In this document: piece by piece, positions 39,032-48,324 of the stretch | Numbering within the stretch: position 1 is the first letter of the stretch | How the letters are laid out: the number at the start of each line of letters is the position of its first letter | Source: a virus | Direction: 5' to 3' (one strand) | IMG/VR virus record: IMGVR_UViG_3300049020_000031 | Coordinates: 77,501 to 141,500 of that record | Length of the DNA: 64,000 bases | Program-made: the position numbers and the translations under genes | The notes under the pieces: generated by a model | The model's input: only the letters and a program-made list of their open reading frames with translations | Databases searched by the model: none | What the model was told of the DNA's origin: nothing

Positions 39032-39040
39032 AACTTCCCC

Positions 39041-39262
39041 TTAATGTGCGACGGCTTGACTATGCCATTTGCCGTGTTCATCCTGATCGGTAGACCATGC
39101 GACACGGCGATTGCCACAATCACATCTCGAATCACCCGACCACCCATCGCAGGTGATAGCGCAGTCATCATCTCCCTGGAATTCAATTGATCCCAATTCC
39201 TCAATTTGGAGATTGCCAGCGGCGATGGCTTCTTCCCTGGTATCGTATCCGGCTTCGTTCAT
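39041..39262 (-). CDS. Small Cys-rich hypothetical protein
   Basis: C...CDGW.G..RCDCGNRRV.W. Confidence 0.65.
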   Translation of the reverse strand: MNEAGYDTREEAIAAGNLQIEELGSIEFQGDDDCAITCDGWSGDSRCDCGNRRVAWSTDQDEHGKWHSQAVAH

Positions 39263-39271
39263 AGGGTCTCC

Positions 39272-39535
39272 TTATTCAGCATTCTTATCTTTGATAAGAT
39301 CATCAACTGTCAAACCCTTGTCCCTTGCTTCGAGCACGATTGACAACAGATACAACAATTGTTCCCCGTAATCACCATCGCCACCAGTGCGGATGTCCGT
39401 GCTTCCGTTGTTGAAAGCCCAGTCAATTCGATCCATGTCTCGGATGATTTGTTCCGCTTCTGGGTGGTGGTCGGTACCATCTTCCCATCTCTTACCGATA
39501 TCCACTACGATACCTTGGACAATTTTCTTAGTCAT
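39272..39535 (-). CDS. Hypothetical protein
   Basis: RWEDG.DHHP...GGDGDYGE.L.YLL. Confidence 0.65.
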   Translation of the reverse strand: MTKKIVQGIVVDIGKRWEDGTDHHPEAEQIIRDMDRIDWAFNNGSTDIRTGGDGDYGEQLLYLLSIVLEARDKGLTVDDLIKDKNAE

Positions 39536-40043
39536 TTCTTACTACCAATTCCACGACGTCAATCTTAAATTCAACATGTTCTCTTCGATATTCACCGAAG
39601 TTACGAGGATCAAGACGCAAATCCAAATCCATTATTTCTGGGTGTGAACTACAGAGTGGATCCTCGTAAGCATATGGTACACGCCCCATAGCTGCCAATT
39701 TATCTGTCAACAATCCGTACCAACTTTCAAACCATTCGTCCCATTCTTGTCTATGGATTGATTCATAGACCGGCTCATAAAATGTCGTCTTATCGATGTA
39801 TTCTTCCTGATTTTTACAGGAGCTTCGGTTGACACGTTGACACATTGGTTCCGGGTACGACATCAGGAAGTCTTTATATTCTTCACGAATCCAGTCCAAC
39901 AACTGACATTCATCTTGATAGTCGGCTTCAGCTTCATCGGCAAACCGCTCAGCCGCTCTCATAGAGGTAAATGCTTTAAGATTTAGGTGGTATCGATTAT
40001 CATATTCACCAGAATATCGGACGACTAGGTAAATATTGGCCAT
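39528..40043 (-). CDS. Hypothetical protein
   Basis: IYLV....GEYD......KAF.S...AE N-terminal motif. Confidence 0.65.
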   Translation of the reverse strand: MANIYLVVRYSGEYDNRYHLNLKAFTSMRAAERFADEAEADYQDECQLLDWIREEYKDFLMSYPEPMCQRVNRSSCKNQEEYIDKTTFYEPVYESIHRQEWDEWFESWYGLLTDKLAAMGRVPYAYEDPLCSSHPEIMDLDLRLDPRNFGEYRREHVEFKIDVVELVVRND

Positions 40044-40096
40044 TTAGAATCTCGAAACAATGAATGAATTCATGGTACATTCAGATGGCGCAACAA

Positions 40097-40255
40097 TCAA
40101 GGCTTAGCCAAGTTGCTGAACCAAAAGAATGATGCGATACAAGCTGCGACTATGTTCAAAACGTATAGGTACCAAAGTCCCACGGTCCAATCCATATAGA
40201 GGAAAGCTCTAGAACTTATGGCTGTCATCACACCCAAGATCGCAATTGTTTTCAT
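40097..40255 (-). CDS. Small membrane protein (52 aa)
   Basis: Manual translation MKTIAILGVMTAISS...; ATGA overlap with the upstream gene. Confidence 0.45.
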   Translation of the reverse strand: MKTIAILGVMTAISSRAFLYMDWTVGLWYLYVLNIVAACIASFFWFSNLAKP

Positions 40256-40572
40256 CTTGTGATGTTCAATCCAATAAGCAGTCTTTGTGGAGAATGGCCC
40301 CTCCTGTCTAGTTCATCCCACACTACATTTGCCACAACCATCCAATGTGGAATCGCATCTTTCAATCTTGCCGTGATACGAACCAACGTCATCATCGAAA
40401 AAACCGATAATCTAGTCACATCAACCTTTTCCAAGAGATCTTGAATCAAGGAGGTTTCCCCGTAATGAATAGATTCCTCAATCAATTTGAGGATGATTTC
40501 CGATGATTCACGTGGGTTAGTTCTAGCAGCTCGATACGAGAGGAATAGAACTGCGTCAACGATGTTAGCCAT
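40252..40572 (-). CDS. Hypothetical protein
   Basis: 106 aa ORF, TATAAT upstream. Confidence 0.6.
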   Translation of the reverse strand: MANIVDAVLFLSYRAARTNPRESSEIILKLIEESIHYGETSLIQDLLEKVDVTRLSVFSMMTLVRITARLKDAIPHWMVVANVVWDELDRRGHSPQRLLIGLNITR

Positions 40573-40592
40573 AATGAAGATTATACAGTCGT

Positions 40593-40620
40593 GATGATGG
40601 CCCCCTAGGGGGCCATCATC
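40593..40620. terminator. Perfect palindrome / hairpin
   Basis: gatgatggccccctagggggccatcatc. Confidence 0.6.
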
Positions 40621-40631
40621 AGTTTGGTGGG

Positions 40632-41027
40632 TTAGACCTTGGTCTTGTGCAGTTGTGCGGCCGAGAGCTTGAAACGATCACCAGTTACCGTCTTCACAAT
40701 ATAGGGATATTCACGAGCGCGAGAATTGTAACCAATCACAGTGACCACGCCCAGTCGATTGTCTTTGAACATTGCATTGGGTGCAATATCGTCAAAACGA
40801 CCGTACACATTCAGTGCGGCGGCAAACTTGATATCACTAACGCTTTCACCTTCTGGGGCTGTTTCTTTGCTGACGATTTCCAGCTTGAACGTTCCGGAAC
40901 TACCATCACGCGCAAACGAAGCATTTCCAGCTTCAATCGTCACGCCGTGCTTTTGTGCAATCGCCTCCAGAGCAGCATTGATTTCCAGACGAACAGCTTT
41001 GATAAAGTCGCGATCGATTGTGGTCAT
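40632..41027 (-). CDS. Hypothetical protein
   Basis: Start MTTIDR after AGGG SD; GYNSRAREYP motif. Confidence 0.7.
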   Translation of the reverse strand: MTTIDRDFIKAVRLEINAALEAIAQKHGVTIEAGNASFARDGSSGTFKLEIVSKETAPEGESVSDIKFAAALNVYGRFDDIAPNAMFKDNRLGVVTVIGYNSRAREYPYIVKTVTGDRFKLSAAQLHKTKV

Positions 41028-41062
41028 TTTGTGTTCCCTAAGTTGTTTGTTGCGATGTATCA

Positions 41063-41093
41063 AGTATAACACCAGATGAACGCATTCGATCAA
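41063..41093 (-). promoter_or_regulatory. Promoter-like element with TTCATCTGG
   Basis: TTGATC...TATACT with a longer spacer. Confidence 0.45.
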
Positions 41094-41107
41094 CTATTTG
41101 AAAAGAA

Positions 41108-41347
41108 TCACAACATTTTTGTAACCACTTTGACGTTGGGTGGTGTATCGTGATCCACTTGACACTTTATACAATAAAGACAACCAGATACCGCACGCCT
41201 ACGGAGCTCAGGTATAGGTTCCCCACAGTCAAGGCAGAAGGGCCGGGAAGGGCCCTTTCTGATCATAAGTCTAGCGAGGCCTATCCCGTTATCCACAATT
41301 GCTTGTGCGTTCTCTGCCTCTTCATCCGGTTTGCCCATTCCACTCAT
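41108..41347 (-). CDS. DksA/TraR C4-type zinc finger protein
   Basis: CLDCGEPIPELRRRAVSGCLYCIKCQ. Confidence 0.88.
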   Translation of the reverse strand: MSGMGKPDEEAENAQAIVDNGIGLARLMIRKGPSRPFCLDCGEPIPELRRRAVSGCLYCIKCQVDHDTPPNVKVVTKML

Positions 41348-41356
41348 GGGCGTATT

Positions 41357-42466
41357 TTACACGATACGGTAAGTAGTCTTGAAGTAGTGTGTATTCTTGA
41401 ATTGATTGAAGTCAATGGAGTTATGACGAATCGCACCCTTGAGACCATGATTGACAATCAATTCCAACGTAGCCAAAGCACCACCAGCAGTGGTCAACTG
41501 AATACCGGTCAGATCAAGGAATCCGGGTTGATATCGAGCAGAGAATGATTCGATTTCCTTTCGACCATTACGCATGCCCAAGGCTTCACCGTAGACAACA
41601 ATGACATCATCTCTGGTGTATGGATAGAGTTCGAGAAAGCGCTTTTTCAATGCATCGAAGTCAGGACCCACTCGCTTGATGGTAGCCTTGATGAACCCGT
41701 AATGCCCAGGATATCGAATTGTCTTGTAGTTGATATTCTTCACATCAGGAAGATCATGAATCAAACTACCCACTCCACCACTGGTGGTTGCGGCTTCGTA
41801 TTTGACACCATCAAGAATCAGTTCTTCTGGCCAGATCAATGGATCCACGGTCTTCACTTCGCCATTGACTTTCACTTGACAAGAACGGATGTATTCATTC
41901 ACCAATCCATCAACACTCCATGAAAGGGCGTAGGTGCCATCCTGATACATTTGGGTTTCATAACGGATATTCTTCGGCAACGCGCCGACTCTGATGTTCA
42001 GAGTATCCACTGAATCAAAGTCTTTTACCAAGGAATGACCCAAGTAATTGATGAAACCTGGAGCCAACCCGCACTTGGGTGCGCAAGCCAGTTCAGGACT
42101 ATTGGCATAGATGTCATAAACGGCAGCGGCTTGTGCGTCATCTTCCGTGAAGTCCAGATAATTACATCCTGCATTTACCGCCGCCTGTGCAATTTTGGAA
42201 TTAAGGAAGAACGGCATCGCATTGATGACGTGCGTGATAGTGTGCTCTTTGAACACATCAGTGAGTTGTTCTACATCACAATCTTGAACATTCAACACGA
42301 CGGAACCAGCAAAATCATTCTCACGAACGTCGATGCTCAAAATCGTGGAGTTTTCCAAACCACCAGTTTTGATCGTCACGTCACCGGGTGGATTTCTTAA
42401 CAACAGGGTGATTACTGCAGAGCCAATATTACCAGCCCCACCCATTACTGCGATTACATTTTTCAT
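41357..42466 (-). CDS. Saccharopine dehydrogenase / lysine 6-dehydrogenase family oxidoreductase
   Basis: GGAGNIG Rossmann motif, NAMPF, YLDFTED, CGLAPG, VGALP, SWSVDGLVNEY, YKTIRYPGH. Confidence 0.85.
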   Translation of the reverse strand: MKNVIAVMGGAGNIGSAVITLLLRNPPGDVTIKTGGLENSTILSIDVRENDFAGSVVLNVQDCDVEQLTDVFKEHTITHVINAMPFFLNSKIAQAAVNAGCNYLDFTEDDAQAAAVYDIYANSPELACAPKCGLAPGFINYLGHSLVKDFDSVDTLNIRVGALPKNIRYETQMYQDGTYALSWSVDGLVNEYIRSCQVKVNGEVKTVDPLIWPEELILDGVKYEAATTSGGVGSLIHDLPDVKNINYKTIRYPGHYGFIKATIKRVGPDFDALKKRFLELYPYTRDDVIVVYGEALGMRNGRKEIESFSARYQPGFLDLTGIQLTTAGGALATLELIVNHGLKGAIRHNSIDFNQFKNTHYFKTTYRIV

Positions 42467-42508
42467 TGTTTTCCTTCGTAAAAAGAGCCACTAATGTGGC
42501 TCTTTGGA

Positions 42509-43270
42509 TTATGGTCTCCAACCTGGAGGAGGTTTGCATCCTATACTGGATGCAGGAAATGGATTCGGAGCCGTTTGATAGTGTAAACGATTTGAATTCA
42601 TTAGTACAATACCGCGTGCTTTCAATCCCTTGGCATCGTCATAATACATTACCACCGTTTCAGTCATGGTATCGATTTCAAACTCAGTATTAGTGGTGTT
42701 GAAATCTGCGGCAGAACCAAAACCAGTTCCCATATTGTTGGTAGTAGCCGATGTCGCGTGTGCTGATACACCCTTGGACACTGACAGATAATCCTGATTA
42801 CTACCATAATATGGTGATGCTCCGTTGCTATTTGCCATACCGCCGATATTCAAACCACGGAACACCGTATTGATATATTGTGGCTGAACAACTTTCTCCG
42901 AGAAGACCATGGCACCAATCACACCACAATTCACGTCAGAGCCCTGGGATGAATTTGCGTAGCTTTCTTTCCTTGACGCGAATAGAAATTTCGCGACTTG
43001 GCTTGAGCTCAAAGTCCAACCAGGAATGATCACCTCTTTGAATGGTTCCACGAGATAACCAGGACTTTGCTCACCCGCTGGTTGCCCATCAGTAACCGAC
43101 AAGCCATCAACACTCAGTACAACCATTTTCCTGGTTCCACTTAGGTTCTGGATGTGGATCTTGAAATCAGAACCGGGCCTACCTTCAATGAAGGTGAGAC
43201 CTTGGTGTTGATACTCACTCACCGGATTCCCATTCACGGAGACTCTCAAGTTTATTTGATTGCCTCTCAT
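42509..43270 (-). CDS. Hypothetical protein (partner of vWA gene)
   Basis: VLSVDGLSV.DG, IPGW....VAKF.F, GVIGAMVF.E, GTGFG. Confidence 0.7.
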   Translation of the reverse strand: MRGNQINLRVSVNGNPVSEYQHQGLTFIEGRPGSDFKIHIQNLSGTRKMVVLSVDGLSVTDGQPAGEQSPGYLVEPFKEVIIPGWTLSSSQVAKFLFASRKESYANSSQGSDVNCGVIGAMVFSEKVVQPQYINTVFRGLNIGGMANSNGASPYYGSNQDYLSVSKGVSAHATSATTNNMGTGFGSAADFNTTNTEFEIDTMTETVVMYYDDAKGLKARGIVLMNSNRLHYQTAPNPFPASSIGCKPPPGWRP

Positions 43271-43273
43271 GAT

Positions 43274-43933
43274 TTACTCCTTGGGCAGATTGGAGAAGAA
43301 ATTGTCTTCTGATCCAACCGTACTAGCCATTGAACGAACGTTTCGGTAGTTGGTAGTTGCGGCACTCAAAGTACCCATTGCACCTTTGATGTTTGTCGTG
43401 TCATAGCTCATGGTATTACCCACAGTCATGCCGAATTGTTGGCCTACTGCCCAAGCGTCTTGGTTCGCACCCATGTAGACGAAGGACCAGCCCAGAGCTT
43501 CCTTCTCTTTGATCATCGCCTTGACGGATTCAGCAGTATATTCACGGCTACAATTATCATATCCGTCGGTCATGATGACCATCAGGATGTTATTTGCATC
43601 AGCGAATGATTCCAGAGCCTTGATGCGGAAACCAATCGCATCATAGAGGTTCGTAGATGAATTCGGAGCGTATGTGTTTCGATTCAAGTCTTCAACATCA
43701 AGGATGGATTTTGCCATATAGACCGAATTGACTCCACGACTATCAAACTTTGTCAAAGACAACAGGCAGTTGTCCGCATTGTTGATTTTCTGACCATGAA
43801 CGTATTCATTGAAGCCGCTGATCGTTGCATCTCGGCATGATTCCATGGAACCAGTTTCATCGAGAAGAAACTCAATCAGAGTAGTGGAGTTGGTAGAAGA
43901 AGAAGGTGTTTCCACCTTGAGAGCGATTGCCAT
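43274..43933 (-). CDS. von Willebrand factor A domain protein
   Basis: MIDAS-like LLDETGSM, T.LYDAIG, IMTDGYDN.S.E, YMGANQDA. Confidence 0.88.
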   Translation of the reverse strand: MAIALKVETPSSSTNSTTLIEFLLDETGSMESCRDATISGFNEYVHGQKINNADNCLLSLTKFDSRGVNSVYMAKSILDVEDLNRNTYAPNSSTNLYDAIGFRIKALESFADANNILMVIMTDGYDNCSREYTAESVKAMIKEKEALGWSFVYMGANQDAWAVGQQFGMTVGNTMSYDTTNIKGAMGTLSAATTNYRNVRSMASTVGSEDNFFSNLPKE

Positions 43934-44113
43934 AAATTTTCCTTACACGTCTTACTGCCAGCCGACTTGCTGGACTTCTGCGTGTTTACATGTGACACCA
44001 TTGTCACATGGTATTTATTATAGCGATTGTCTATTAACTAGCAATATTATTTTTGAAAAGGCTATCAGTGAATTTTCTGTGATTTACTGCGATTATCATG
44101 CTATTATATTCAT

Positions 44114-44764
44114 ATGCCCAAGATTCAAATATGGAAAATCCTCGACGACGGTGACTTGGAAGAAGCGTTCATCTCGAGTAAAAGACCCGGGGAGCCAAAA
44201 CCCTTTAAACCGGACGTTCGTGAACACGAAACCATAGAACGCATGCGAAGGGTATGTTCTTCCCCCAGTGATGTTGCTCTATTCATCAAGGGTGAATGGA
44301 AGCTATTCTTCAATCGTGGTTTGCGATTGCTTCCTGATGAGCAAAAGTGGGGATCGAATAAAACTCCCAAAATGGTAGATCTTGTTTACCGCGTTACCTG
44401 GTTTGGTGAATATCCCTGTTCAAAGATAGCCCCTTTGGGGAAGCCAACCAATTGGTTGGGATTGAACAAGGATCACCCGCCCACATACTTGGCGTATTCC
44501 CTTTTCATGGAAATGATATTTGATGCGCCCTTGCCTGTCCCACCCAGGATTATGTTCCAGAATACGGGCGTCAATGTCGAGGGATCATCTACAAAGGTAC
44601 GCCTCCCATACAACCGTGATCAGAATGTGAATCAAACAGTAGTCAGTATGGACTTGGTTTTATTCCTGGATGATTGGGTGGAAATAGGGAAAGCAGCCAC
44701 AGTCAGTAGATTGACTGGTGACGATCCTATGATCAATCGCCACTATGCGAAAAGAGACAATTAG
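44114..44764 (+). CDS. Hypothetical protein
   Basis: 216 aa ORF. Confidence 0.6.
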   Translation: MPKIQIWKILDDGDLEEAFISSKRPGEPKPFKPDVREHETIERMRRVCSSPSDVALFIKGEWKLFFNRGLRLLPDEQKWGSNKTPKMVDLVYRVTWFGEYPCSKIAPLGKPTNWLGLNKDHPPTYLAYSLFMEMIFDAPLPVPPRIMFQNTGVNVEGSSTKVRLPYNRDQNVNQTVVSMDLVLFLDDWVEIGKAATVSRLTGDDPMINRHYAKRDN

Positions 44765-45219
44765 GAACTTTCCTGAAGATTGACGTCATATTTCGCAGCA
44801 GCACGTCGCATTACTGATCGCAAATACAGCTTCCCCTCTGGCTCATACGGTGTGCTCCGCACTTGCTTACCATGAAGCAGGGCTAGGTGGAAGAATGCGT
44901 CAACGAGGAAAGTACCCACTCCTTGATTTTTGAATCTGGGAGACACCGTGACTGCTCCGAGTCCGAATGCATTCTCCATCCATTGGGTGTTTTCCACAAA
45001 CACCACCATCCCGGCAACCTCACCATTGATTTCGCAAAGCAGATAGCTTCGATATTCCACGACATCGTGAGAGAAATATGCAAAATCTTCCTCAGGCAAT
45101 GCTTTCACCGAGGACTTGTCACTGCCTTGCAAAATAGTGATGAGTTTCATGTGGTTCATTATAGCATGAAATGAAAAAGATGGTGTGGGGTCCACACCAT
45201 CTTTTATAAAATCACCCAA
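44761..45219 (-). CDS. GNAT-family acetyltransferase
   Basis: VTVSPRFKNQGVGTFL; start uncertain. Confidence 0.75.
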   Translation of the reverse strand: MGDFIKDGVDPTPSFSFHAIMNHMKLITILQGSDKSSVKALPEEDFAYFSHDVVEYRSYLLCEINGEVAGMVVFVENTQWMENAFGLGAVTVSPRFKNQGVGTFLVDAFFHLALLHGKQVRSTPYEPEGKLYLRSVMRRAAAKYDVNLQESS

Positions 45220-45687
45220 TTAGTAAGGGCGATTCAACAGACCCAGTGCCTTGCGAGCATCTGGAGTCAGCTCATCCCAAGTCTTCTTAGCCAATTCACG
45301 CAAACGCGACGCTTCTGCTCGTTCAGCGTCCTTCTTGTCCAAAAATTCAACCACCTCTTCAAATGTGTGGGATTCAGAAGTGAGTGTAAGGTTGCCAAAC
45401 CAGAACAGATCAGCATTCGACTTGAACGAGTCGGAATCGGTGATCTTCAGTTCCGGGCCATCAGCACCTTCCACCACATTGACGTTCAGGTTGCCATAAT
45501 TACCGAGGCGAACCATCAGAGCCAGCATCTTACCAGCAGTGGAATTCTTGCTTGCTTCGAGATTGGCCTTACGAGCTGCCAGTTCCCGGGCTTCTTGTTC
45601 AGCTTGTTCCTTCTCACGCAGCTCACGATTCAGCTTCGCGGTTTGTGCACGAGTCAGGGGTTTTGCAGCTTCAGTCATTTTCATCAT
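45220..45687 (-). CDS. Hypothetical protein
   Basis: Coiled coil, ends LTPDARKALGL. Confidence 0.65.
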   Translation of the reverse strand: MMKMTEAAKPLTRAQTAKLNRELREKEQAEQEARELAARKANLEASKNSTAGKMLALMVRLGNYGNLNVNVVEGADGPELKITDSDSFKSNADLFWFGNLTLTSESHTFEEVVEFLDKKDAERAEASRLRELAKKTWDELTPDARKALGLLNRPY

Positions 45688-45710
45688 CCTATTGCGTTTG
45701 CGATAAGTTG

Positions 45711-45738
45711 ATTATAGTTCATTTGGTGAACTAGTCAA
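45711..45738 (-). promoter_or_regulatory. Sigma70-like promoter with palindromic GTTCA-CCAAA-TGAAC spacer
   Basis: TTGACT-16-TATAAT. Confidence 0.7.
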
Positions 45739-46030
45739 GCGCTTTTGCCAACAGTTCACGCCAATTGAATAAAAATTCAAAATAATCAGAATCTTCGTCG
45801 AATCCGATTTGTGTTCGATTCAAACCAACTCGTTCTCTTTGTATCTCGCCCCTGGATTCAAAGTGACGCACGCATCCAGTCAAAGCTGTTTGAAACACAA
45901 CCCCTGCCACAGAAGATTCATTGTGTATTTCAAATTCCACAACTCTGGGATAGATAGTCATGGTGTCATCAAGAATCGGAATATCATCCCGGTCCTTGAT
46001 GGTGATACGAAAGCCCTTGATACTGATCAT
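45731..46030 (-). CDS. Hypothetical protein (C-terminal motif family)
   Basis: IGFDEDSDYFEFLFNW. Confidence 0.55.
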   Translation of the reverse strand: MISIKGFRITIKDRDDIPILDDTMTIYPRVVEFEIHNESSVAGVVFQTALTGCVRHFESRGEIQRERVGLNRTQIGFDEDSDYFEFLFNWRELLAKALD

Positions 46031-46449
46031 TAGATGAACGAGTGGTTTTCCGTATCGTCACTCTTCACCGCAGACGACCACTTCGCAGCCAGAAGCTGGT
46101 TCTCAAACGCTTCGGCAAACCCTGGATAGATGCTCTCGATATCCTTGATGGCGATTTCCTTGTAGGGAGCCTTATCACCGCTTGGATGCGTCTTCTTGCG
46201 AGCCAGTCGTTGCAGCTCTGCATATTGGTACGAACCAAAGTGACGCTTGAACGACAAGGATTTACCACGAGCTCCCCAGAAGTTATAGACGGAGCCTGGT
46301 TCTGGAGGGTACCAATATGGATGCTTCTTTTCATATTCAGTACGCTCGTCCGCGGATGCGTTCTTGAATTCCACGAAACCCCAGATCTTGTCAGAGGTGC
46401 CTTCATTACACCATGCGAAAAACTTGATCGTGTAGCTATCCAGTGCCAT
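46030..46449 (-). CDS. Hypothetical protein (WGR-like)
   Basis: SDKIWG, FWGARGK.L.FK; start MALDSY after GGAG. Confidence 0.6.
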   Translation of the reverse strand: MALDSYTIKFFAWCNEGTSDKIWGFVEFKNASADERTEYEKKHPYWYPPEPGSVYNFWGARGKSLSFKRHFGSYQYAELQRLARKKTHPSGDKAPYKEIAIKDIESIYPGFAEAFENQLLAAKWSSAVKSDDTENHSFI

Positions 46450-46480
46450 ATTGGAATCTCCAGTTGTCGTTGATGTAACT

Positions 46481-46509
46481 ATTATACAACCGCAGATGAA
46501 ATTTCGCAA
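46481..46509 (-). promoter_or_regulatory. Sigma70-like promoter with TTCATCTG in spacer
   Basis: TTGCGA-17-TATAAT. Confidence 0.65.
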
Positions 46510-46518
46510 GCCACAAAT

Positions 46519-46544
46519 GAAAAAAGGGACCGAAGTCCCTTTTT
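46519..46544. terminator. Rho-independent terminator
   Basis: aaaaaagggac-cgaa-gtccctttt. Confidence 0.75.
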
Positions 46545-46557
46545 GGATTCAAACAGA

Positions 46558-47226
46558 TTAGACTGGATCAGTTACATCAAAAGTAGCTGATGTGGCGCTA
46601 ACGCCGATTACATCGCCTGAGAAGTCACGAACTGAAACAGTTACGCCAGTGCCAGCTTGTGCAATGGTGATTGCAAAGGAGAATTCAATTCCTTCAACTG
46701 TCAGACCAGTCACGTTGGTCCAAGTACCAGCATCGACCCGATATTGCATCTTCGTAGGAGCAGCGCCTTCGAAGGAACCACTCACGGTGAATGCTACGCC
46801 AGTTTCCTGATCTTCGATTGTGTCGAGAGCCATCACTTCGGTGACTTCTGGTTCTGGTTCTGGTTCTGGTTCTGTACCAACCACGCCCAAAGTAGCGGCG
46901 TCAACATTGTTGGCGTTGTTCCAGTTGATGGCCAGACCTTCGGTCGTCCATGCTGTGAAGTTTTGCAGGTTCTTGACGAACACTTCGCTGTCGTCAGCCA
47001 GTGTGGCTACGATGGTAGCCATACCAGCAACCAGAGTTTCAGCTTCGTCAGTAGTTTGGGCCAGGGATACTACGAACATAGTCGTACCGTCTACAGTTAC
47101 TTGGTAACGTGTAGAACCCATTTGCTTTACGATGTAGCCAGTGACTACAGATGTTCCGTTGTGGAATTGGATTGCGATCTTGCCGTCTTCGGCACCAAAG
47201 AAAGCGTTTGACAATGGACGTCCCAT
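46558..47226 (-). CDS. Putative virion protein with (PE)n linker and Ig-like C-terminal domain
   Basis: MGRPL...FFG...YIVKQ.G..RY.V N-terminus, EPEPEPEPE linker, beta-rich C-domain, late-type CATAAATA upstream. Confidence 0.65.
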   Translation of the reverse strand: MGRPLSNAFFGAEDGKIAIQFHNGTSVVTGYIVKQMGSTRYQVTVDGTTMFVVSLAQTTDEAETLVAGMATIVATLADDSEVFVKNLQNFTAWTTEGLAINWNNANNVDAATLGVVGTEPEPEPEPEVTEVMALDTIEDQETGVAFTVSGSFEGAAPTKMQYRVDAGTWTNVTGLTVEGIEFSFAITIAQAGTGVTVSVRDFSGDVIGVSATSATFDVTDPV

Positions 47227-47292
47227 AATATTCTCCTTGATAGGGCCATCAACATGATGGCTAATGTCAAGTCTATTTATGGTTTTCCATAG

Positions 47293-47589
47293 TCAAACTG
47301 TATCATTTTCCCGTTCATCCTTAATCGTCTTAGCCATCTTGGACACATCAGAAATAATGCGAGTCATCCGTCTTTTCCTGGTTGCCGTTTTATTGATCTG
47401 AAACGACACCAGACATAACACAGTCGGGATGGCGTAGAGCAGAATCAACATGAATTGCCACTCAGAAAACCTAGAATGAATGAATAGGTTCCACAAAACT
47501 CCCACCAGCATACTGCCGTTGATAAACGCGGCAATAGCTAGGATCATTTGAGTTCCAAAGTACATTCTTACTCCCAGAATTTCCACCAA
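47293..47589 (-). CDS. Hypothetical membrane protein
   Basis: Two TM segments. Confidence 0.5.
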   Translation of the reverse strand: MVEILGVRMYFGTQMILAIAAFINGSMLVGVLWNLFIHSRFSEWQFMLILLYAIPTVLCLVSFQINKTATRKRRMTRIISDVSKMAKTIKDERENDTV

Positions 47590-47975
47590 GGACGAGTCAT
47601 TTTCACGAAGTCTGGATCTTCAGGACGAACCCAACCATAGGGATTCTTCTTACCGGCCTCGGTTTGCAGATAAGCTAGTTCATCTTCCAGTTGCTTCACC
47701 TTCCAATCAAGCTCAGCCTGATATGCAGGGAGATTACCGTCATCGTAGATTCTAACAAGTTTGCGACATTCAAGGAATGTCATCCCTGATTGAACGCATC
47801 CGCTCTCAAGACCAGCTCGATATTGAACCGTGTGCAGGCGATGCAACGAGAATCCCAACAGCACCAGAACGACTACGATACAAGCTAGGGCGCTGGCGAT
47901 TGTCCAATCAATTTTAAACTTTTTCACTGATAGCTCCAATGGGAAATGATGATATGCCAGTATACGACACATCAT
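47568..47975 (-). CDS. Hypothetical membrane-anchored protein
   Basis: TM plus C-terminal RPWWKFW; start uncertain. Confidence 0.55.
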   Translation of the reverse strand: MMCRILAYHHFPLELSVKKFKIDWTIASALACIVVVLVLLGFSLHRLHTVQYRAGLESGCVQSGMTFLECRKLVRIYDDGNLPAYQAELDWKVKQLEDELAYLQTEAGKKNPYGWVRPEDPDFVKMTRPWWKFWE

Positions 47976-48002
47976 CAGTTAATGTGGTAAGATGAACTTA
48001 AT

Positions 48003-48224
48003 TTAAACCGCTTGATACATTTCAGGGCCCGTTACCTCACCAACACGTTGGATAGCACCGTCGTTGATAAGTTCTTGCAGTGGGCCCCGGACTTCACTCA
48101 ACCAATTGGTGACTGTGTGGCCGTCAGCCTTCACTGCTTCGCTGATCTGTGCCCAAGTAGCGGTTCCGCTCTTTGCGATGAAGTTATCCAGAGTGCTCAA
48201 CATTTTGCGACGATTTACGGCCAT
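48003..48224 (-). CDS. Small hypothetical (possible winged-helix) protein
   Basis: AAGGAG SD and promoter upstream. Confidence 0.6.
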   Translation of the reverse strand: MAVNRRKMLSTLDNFIAKSGTATWAQISEAVKADGHTVTNWLSEVRGPLQELINDGAIQRVGEVTGPEMYQAV

Positions 48225-48249
48225 TTTGATCTCCTTGTTGCGATAGTTG

Positions 48250-48277
48250 ATTATACTTCATTTGGTGAAAAACGCAA
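48250..48277 (-). promoter_or_regulatory. Sigma70-like promoter with TTCA-CCAAA-TGAA spacer
   Basis: TTGCGT-16-TATAAT. Confidence 0.65.
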
Positions 48278-48296
48278 CAAGTATTTGAATCCAATG

Positions 48297-48323
48297 AAAA
48301 AGAGTGGCTTGCGCCACTCTTTT
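48297..48323 (-). terminator. Terminator of the tmRNA gene
   Basis: aaaaagagtggc-ttgc-gccactctttt. Confidence 0.8.
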
Positions 48324-48324
48324 A

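Noticed and set aside
46846-46873. (TTCTGG)n microsatellite as a regulatory repeat
   Set aside because: It simply encodes the EPEPEPEPE linker.
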